Below are positions 54,081 to 64,000 of a stretch of DNA of 64,000 bases, piece after piece. How positions within the stretch are numbered: position 1 is the first letter of the stretch; each line of letters opens with the position of its first letter. Source of the DNA: Octopus vulgaris (Eukaryota). The notes under the pieces are model-generated. The model saw only the letters and a list, made by a program, of their open reading frames with translations. It did no database searches and was not told where the DNA came from. Location of the stretch: assembly GCA_951406725.2 (NCBI GenBank), contig OX597815.1:102176001-102240000 (forward strand), read 5' to 3'. Position numbers and translations under genes: made by a program.

Positions 54081-55599
54081 ATATATTTTATGATTGAATT
54101 CTATGCAGTGCTTTCACATTTGGAATTTCTTTAATTCTGCAGCAGATTCATTATGAGCAAAAAGGAGTTCCAATTTCATTCCAGAATACTTAGACACTTC
54201 GCTAGTGGCTTACTGTTATCAATGTTAATGTGTTTGTAAAATGAGAACTGAGAGACATCTACTTGCCCACTAAATTATTTGCTTTCCAATTTCAGATAAA
54301 AGATTATCAACTACATATATATGTCCACTCTGCAGGATAGATGGTGTTAGGAAGGGCATCCAGCCATAAGAACTGTGCCAAAGCAGATACTGAAGTCTGG
54401 TACAGTTTTCTGCCTGGTCAGCTCCTGTCAAACCATCCAACCCATGGAAGGCAGATGATATATAACAATGTTAGTTCTTATTCAGAATTACTATCCTCCT
54501 ACATGAGTTAGAAGACCTCTTATTACTTGTATGCTACATTTTTTCACATGTTTTCTAAGAAAGGGTGTCCTTATAAACACCAACTACATGATGCGTTTTA
54601 TCATGGCAACAACACAAGATCTGAAGCAATTATAACCATGGAGGGGCCATTTAAAACATGCAAAAGGCTGATAAAGTCACTTTTAATATATTTTATGAGC
54701 TGTCACAAAATAAATTTAAAGTAAATTTAATAGTTTTTGTGTTTTTCAAATGACTAGGACAACAACAGCAAATGAAGTAGCCATGCAGCTGCCTGCAGAA
54801 TTGGGAATACAACTACCTACACTCCATGTATCAAGTGCTCCCATAAGCAAGAAAACTACACAAGTGGTGTTGTTTTTTTCATCACAGATGACTATGATAC
54901 CATACTGACAGTTACCACCTCTGTGGTCCAAAATCCATATTACAAGACAAGACAGCTGCACAATGAAACTCTATAGTGGTGTTAGGAGTATGCATTTTTA
55001 AGTAACATAATTTTTGCTGTGAAAGAGATAGATGACGGTCCTTGAAAATTGATACCTCCTCCCAGAAACCATCTTAGATTTGACTTCCATAGATCGTTTT
55101 TCTCTTCTAGTATAAATCCTCTAGCCTGTTTTTCTGGACTCATCTACAAGGCAGCAGGGAAGTGCAAATAAGTTCCCTCTTTAGCTATGGTTAAGGAAGG
55201 AACCCAATCTACCTCTCTCTTAGATATTCTGACAAGAGCTTGTAATTCATTACTCTCAGAACAGTCTTTCAGCATACCTGTTCACTATCTTGAGTATTTC
55301 TATGAACCTGTGCACTGTTACTAGATAGTTGTCAATCCTATGACTGGTTTTCTAGCAAAACCCTTTGTCAAGCTAACCTGGCAAAGAGTGTTGCATCTTT
55401 TTCTGAATTTGCATCAAGCTAACCTGATGCAATTTCAGAAGCAGATGACTGGACCATGTAACATGTGGCACTGGATTACATGTTATCAATAGCACTCAAA
55501 CCAATCTGTCAAATATACACATACATAAAAATGTGTGTACATATACAACAGACACATAGACATACAAAAATGTTGTTGATAGCGACTAAGCCATCATTG

Positions 55600-56026
55600 G
55601 TTTCAGCTGATATACTCTCCAGCCTTCGTCAGGTGTCTTGGGGAAATTTTGAACCTGGGTTCTCATTCCTAAGGTATTTTTTTGATGTTGTTGTTGTTAT
55701 TATTATTATTCAGGTCACTGCCTGAAATCAAACTCGGAATCTTGGGGTTAGTAGCCCATGCTCTTAACCACTACGCCATATGCCCAGACATATGGCATAG
55801 CGGTTAAGAGCGCGGGCTACTAACCCCAAGATTCCGAGTTTGATTCCAGGCAGTGACCTGAATAATAATAACAACAACAACATCAAAAAAATACCTTAGG
55901 AATGAGAACCCAGGTTCGAAATTTCGCTAAGACACCTGATGAAGGCTGGAGGGTATATCAGCTGAAATGTGTTAACAACAGACAAGATGAGAACAAATAT
56001 CCGACAAATATAAATAATGTAAATAA
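55600..56026. mobile_element. Second palindromic family C element
   Basis: Same head-to-head architecture as 36310-36802, centred near 55786. Hammerhead-like core on + at 55931-55973. Confidence 0.8.
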
Positions 56027-56665
56027 CACATATGAATACACACATAAATTAACTTATGAACAGGAATTACACTGCCTGAACAGCAGTTTTATTTGATCTG
56101 GTATATATCTTTTGACTATCTTGCATAAATTAACATATACAAGACTATATTTATTTCTAGCATACAATATTGGGCAATTTTATGCCTTTGTATTGCTACT
56201 TATAAAGAGAGAGAGAGAGAGAGAGATAGACTTAAATTTATCAGTGCTGAAGTAGTATTATAATGTAAGCTGCCTATAGTAAATAACAACAGCACTATTG
56301 TTACTTAATACTTGTGTGAGTAATAGTTATTGCTGTTTAGCTTCATAACAGTCTTGAGTGGGCAGACCCATAATAAAAGGCTTTCTCATCCAGCCTTTTA
56401 AAGCTTACCTAGAATTACAATATCCAGTGTTTATAAGGTGAAGTGTTATCTGAGGGATATTTGGCTGTTATTTCTAGCAGATTGAGCAACCACACTGAAG
56501 CTCCCTTGTTAAGCATAGATAAATATTAAGGACTTGAAATAAATAAGATAAACACAAAATATGTATCATCTTTTTCACTTTCTTCATCATTATCACTACA
56601 TCAGAATAAAATTTCATTTGTGAAATATGTACACACAATAACACATACGCGCACGCACACACACA

Positions 56666-56697
<32 letters not shown>

Positions 56698-56896
56698 GAA
56701 AGAGAGAGAGAGATGTATGGTCGTGTATTTAAGAAGGTGCAGACATAGTTGTGTGGTTAAGAAGGTCACTTTTCAACCATATGGTCTAAGGTTCAGTCCT
56801 ATTGCCACTTGAGCTAAAAGTCTTCTACTATATAGCCCCAGGTCAACCAATGCCTTGTGAGTGAATTTGGCTGATAGAAACTGCATCAAAGCCCAT

Positions 56897-56939
<43 letters not shown>

Positions 56940-57171
56940 ATGTGCGCACATGTGTGCCCCCACCAGTGTTGGTTTGTTTACATCCTTGTAACTTGGCAAG
57001 AGAGACCAATAGAATGAGTACTAGACTTAAAACTATAATGACTGGGGTCAGTCTGTCCAATTAGGAACTTTCAAGGCAGTGCCCCAGCATAGCCACAGGC
57101 CAATGATTAAAACAAGAAAGAATAAAAGATGTGTGCGTGCATGTGTTTTTTTTTTTTTTGTAAATTCTCAC

Positions 57172-57223
<52 letters not shown>

Positions 57224-60200
57224 AGTACACACACTGAGATGGCTGTATATTGGTGAATATGTGTGACTTTCAGTACACATGCCCTAACATACACATGCAT
57301 TTATATATCAGATCCTTCAGTGTGTATGTATTTGTGAGAGAGAGAGAGAGAAAGAGAGAGCACAAACACTCCCATAGATAACTGACAGAGCTGAGGGTAG
57401 AGCAGAAAAGTCGGTAACATGTTACTACATGTTTCGGTAACATGTTACACTGAAGTCAGCTGCAGCAGCCACTGATGATTTTCTCACACCTTAACTTTAG
57501 CCTAGTTAGTGGTTAACTTCTGTAAATCACACACACACATACAACCACAAATGGTAGTTCCCTTTCAGATAAGAAAAAATTCCTAACCGTAATGCTATCT
57601 GTTTATATACACTCTTGTACGAGAAAGTATTTTTACAAATACCCATTTCCTTTCTCCAATCATGCTCTTATTTTATTTAAAATATTTATTTGGGTTTTAT
57701 TTTTCCCTAATGATAAATTCTTGGAATTTTGATTTCTTAAACACTTTATTACAAAAGTAATTTATAATACATATGCAATCAAACTTATATGGATTCATTT
57801 CCTGACATCAATAAAAGAATAACAAAGTTTATTGACAATCATACTATAATTATTAAGAATTATAGATAAAGTATGTAGTTAAGAAGCTCACTTTGCAACC
57901 ATGTGATTCTGAGTTCAGTTTCACTAAGCAGCATCTTAAGTAAGCATTTTCTACTATAGCACCAAAATGACCAATGCCTTGTAAGTGAGTTGCGGAAGCC
58001 TATTATGTATATATATGTATACACAGAATACATTGTGTATATATATGTGTGTGTGTGTATGCATGTATGTATATGCTTGTGCGTTTGTGCTTGTCCCCTG
58101 CTTCCAGAATCATTTGACAATTAGTTCCCCCGTAACTTAGCAGTTTGGCAAAAGAGGCCTATAGAATAAGTACCAGGCTTAAAAAATAAGCACTTGATAC
58201 AATTTGTTTGACTAAATCCTTCAAAGTGGTGCCCCAGTATGGCCATAGTCCACTGACTGAAACATCTGAAAGATTAAAGAAATCCAGCTAGGAACGAATA
58301 TCAATTCTAAATATTTGGGGATTGTGGTAATGTAAGAAAAAAAAAAAAAAAGAATAATTTGCCACTTTTTTAGGGTTGGTACACTGAGAAGAAGTGTAAA
58401 ACTAGTATTTGATAAAAGCAACATATAAGAAGTCATGAATTTCAGTATCATCAATTTTGAGCACCCACTTTTCCATGCTTGCATAAGTTGGGCAGAATTG
58501 GTTGGGGCAGATTTTCTATGGTCAAATGTCTTTTTTGACATAAACTCTCACCTGCTCCCAAGTAAGATAGTATTTCCCCTTATTTTCATTGAAGACTGGC
58601 AATGAATGACACCACTTTTAAGACAGCGACACTTGCTTTCACCTAAAACCCAAAGTCACAAACACACACAAATGAATTTCTTTCAGTTTCTTATTTCTTT
58701 ATTGCCCACAAGGGGCTAAACATAGAGGGGACAAACAAGGGGATTAAGTCGATTACATCGACTCCAGTGTGTAACTGGTACTTAATTTATCGACCCCAAA
58801 AGGATGAAAGGTAAAGTCAACCTCAGCAGAATTTGAACTCAGAACGTAATGGCAGACGAAATACCGCAAAGCATTTTGCCTGGCGTGCTAATGTTTCTGC
58901 CAGCTCGCCACCTTATTTCTTTCTTGACTGAATTTCTTTCAGTTTCTATCAACCAAATCCACTTACAAGGCTTTAGTCTGCCCAGGGCTACAGTAGAAGA
59001 CACTTACCAAAGGTGCCATGTAGTGAGACTGAATCTGGAACTGTGCAATTGGGAAGTGAATTTCTTATTCACACATCCATATCAACTAAAACAAAATTTA
59101 CATTGAAAAACCACGCAAGTACAACAAATAAAAGAAAAGTAACCCACATTAAAACTATATCAATTTACTTAAAATTAACCATTTTCCTACCAGCTAACCA
59201 GAGACTGCCTTTGCTTTTATGATACTAACCTTGCCTCTTTTTAAAATGTTCATATGTCAATTAAAATTTTCTATCAGTTATGAAGTTAAAAGCACACTTC
59301 AGGCTTAGCCTCATAGTATGGCACTTTAGGTAAGTGTCTGCTAATATGTCTGCAAGTTGACTAATGCTTTGTCAATGAGTTTAATAGATGGATATTGAGT
59401 GGAAGCCACTGTGTGTGCATGCATGTGTGTGTGTGTATAATTGTCTTCTGTCCTCAACCATTTGGCAATTGATGCTGGTTGGGTCTTGTTCCCATAACTT
59501 GGTAGTTCAGCAAAAAAGAGACAGATGCCAGACTTAAAGTAAGTACGGAGACTAATTTGTTTGACTAAAACACTTCTAGATGGTATCCCATCATAGCTAC
59601 ACTCAATGGACTACAATCATGAATCAAGTTATATTCCAAACACCAAAATTAAATTATTTTACTGAATCCCTCCAAATTCTTGATTACTGTCAAAATTAAT
59701 TAAAATACACAGGAATAATCCAATATGAATAAAGTACTAAAAGGGTTGTATGGAAAATATGTCATTGTTAACATATCTTAATGCATAAAACATTAAAAAT
59801 ATTTTTAGAAATTCAGTCCCACTGTGTGGCACATTGGGCAAGTGTCTTCTACTGTAACTCCAGGCCAACTAATGCCTTGTGTGTAAATTTGGTAGACAGA
59901 AACTACATGAAAGCCCCTCACATGAATGTATGTCACTCCACCCACTTAACAACAGGTGTTGGTTTATTTATGTCTCTATATCATAGCATTTTGGCGAAAA
60001 GATTCACAGAATAAGTGTCAGACTTAAATAAGTACAGGGGTCAATTTGTTTGACTGAAAACCCTTCAAAGTGGTGGTTCCCCAGCATGGCTGCGATCTAA
60101 TGACTGAAACAAGTCAAGATAAAAGATAAAACTATGCTAGCTTTGTGAATTTAAGATACAAGATTATAATGAGTGGTGACCTGTGCTACAGTACACATTT

Positions 60201-61529
60201 ATATTGTCTATAGTCATTCTACAATAAAGTTCAACCCAAATATAGATTAAGCTAACAATTCAGATATTGTACTAATGCTTACAAAGCATGATCTCTGTTC
60301 TATTGTTTTCAAGTCACCAAAGCCTTTTTAAGTTTCTGAAAAACAAGGACCAAAAATACATGGATGAAATCTGTGTCTTGTACACACAAACTCCCATACA
60401 ATGCTCTTTTAAAATGGTTTCTTTTTCACTCCTATACTAGCAGGTAAATAATGAAGCTTTATTGAAGCAATCAGGTTTTACAGGTAGCAACACTGATACA
60501 CTTACCCAGCCACTTCCTAACCATTCAATCTCTACATGTTTGCTCAACCTGCTAGAAATAGCAAACAGGTATTCCTGAAAGCAACCAGCCCCTTACCATC
60601 CTAAAAAGATGTACATTAAATAAGAAGAGAGGAACACTATTGCTGAAAAAGTAGGGATGGTCATGGCTTTGATTTTGGCCTCTTTATTTAGGGTTACACA
60701 ACTACCACCACCATTATAAAGTAGGTGCTCCAGCAATTAGTACTAAGGAATAGAGATGGATATTATTGAGTCTGAAAGACGACTAAAAGGCAGCGAGCTG
60801 GCATAAGCGTTGGCACACTGGGCAAAATTGCTTAGCAGCATTTCGTTCATCTTTACATTCTCAATTCAAGTTCTGCTGAGGAAGAATTTGCCTTTCATCT
60901 TTTCGGGGTTGGTTGATAAAATAAGTACCAGCCTAGCACTGGGGTTGATGTAATCAACTTAACCCATCCCCTGAAATTGCGAGCCTTGTGCTAAATTTTG
61001 AAGCCAATTTTTATCCCTGTTATGCAAAATATCCACAACATCAATATTGTGACAAAATATAGTTTGACAGAGTGCGAAGTAATACAATGGTATAAATAGA
61101 AAAAAGAAAAGTTTTTGGAAAGAAGGGTGGTGGAGGCCACACATTTTCTTATGTATTTAGATAAAGATACACACCCATATACACTCACAAGTGCACATAT
61201 ACACAGCAGCAACAATGTTGAAAACAACAACAGTAGTCTTTTCTTCTATAGACACAAGATCTGAAATTTTGGGGGAAAGAACTAGTTGTTTACATCAACC
61301 CCAGTGTTTCAGTGGAACTTAATTTATTGACCCTAAAAGGATGAAAGACAAAGTGGACCTCGGTGGAATTTGAACAACGCAGTGACAGGCAAAATACTGC
61401 TAAGCATTTTGCTGAGTGTGTTAATGATTCTGCCAATCAGAGTACAAACAGCCAATCATATATCAGAGGTGAAGAAGTTAGTGGTCACTTCTTTTGACAG
61501 TTTTATAATATCAGGCTTATAGATACTTA

Positions 61530-64000
<2,471 letters not shown>

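Overview
This is AT-rich eukaryotic (animal) genomic DNA, not prokaryotic. The SINE families, microsatellite load and intron sizes point to a cephalopod, probably an octopus (inference). Two spliced genes converge. (1) On +, the 3' part of a DNase I-family gene: four exons (1279-1397, 5842-6106, 8181-8268, 12969-13067) with intact catalytic motifs, plus a probable terminal exon at 27828-27923 encoding a GPI-anchor-like tail. (2) On -, an FBXO30/FBXO40-family F-box gene of about 692 aa (46926-46906, 46184-44331, 42956-42753). Nearly all other ORF-track entries are artefacts of microsatellites and repeats. The remainder is transposon-derived: tRNA-derived SINEs, RTE and R4/Dong-like LINE fragments, mariner, hAT, Tigger-like and MULE-like elements, a Helitron, and Penelope-like (PLE) fold-backs. 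The most notable items are a ~2.36-kb near-perfect PLE palindrome in the last DNase intron, a recurring head-to-head element joining a tRNA-like head to a hammerhead-ribozyme-like module, and a possible secreted versus GPI-anchored switch in the DNase. All coordinates were read by eye, so repeat boundaries are approximate.
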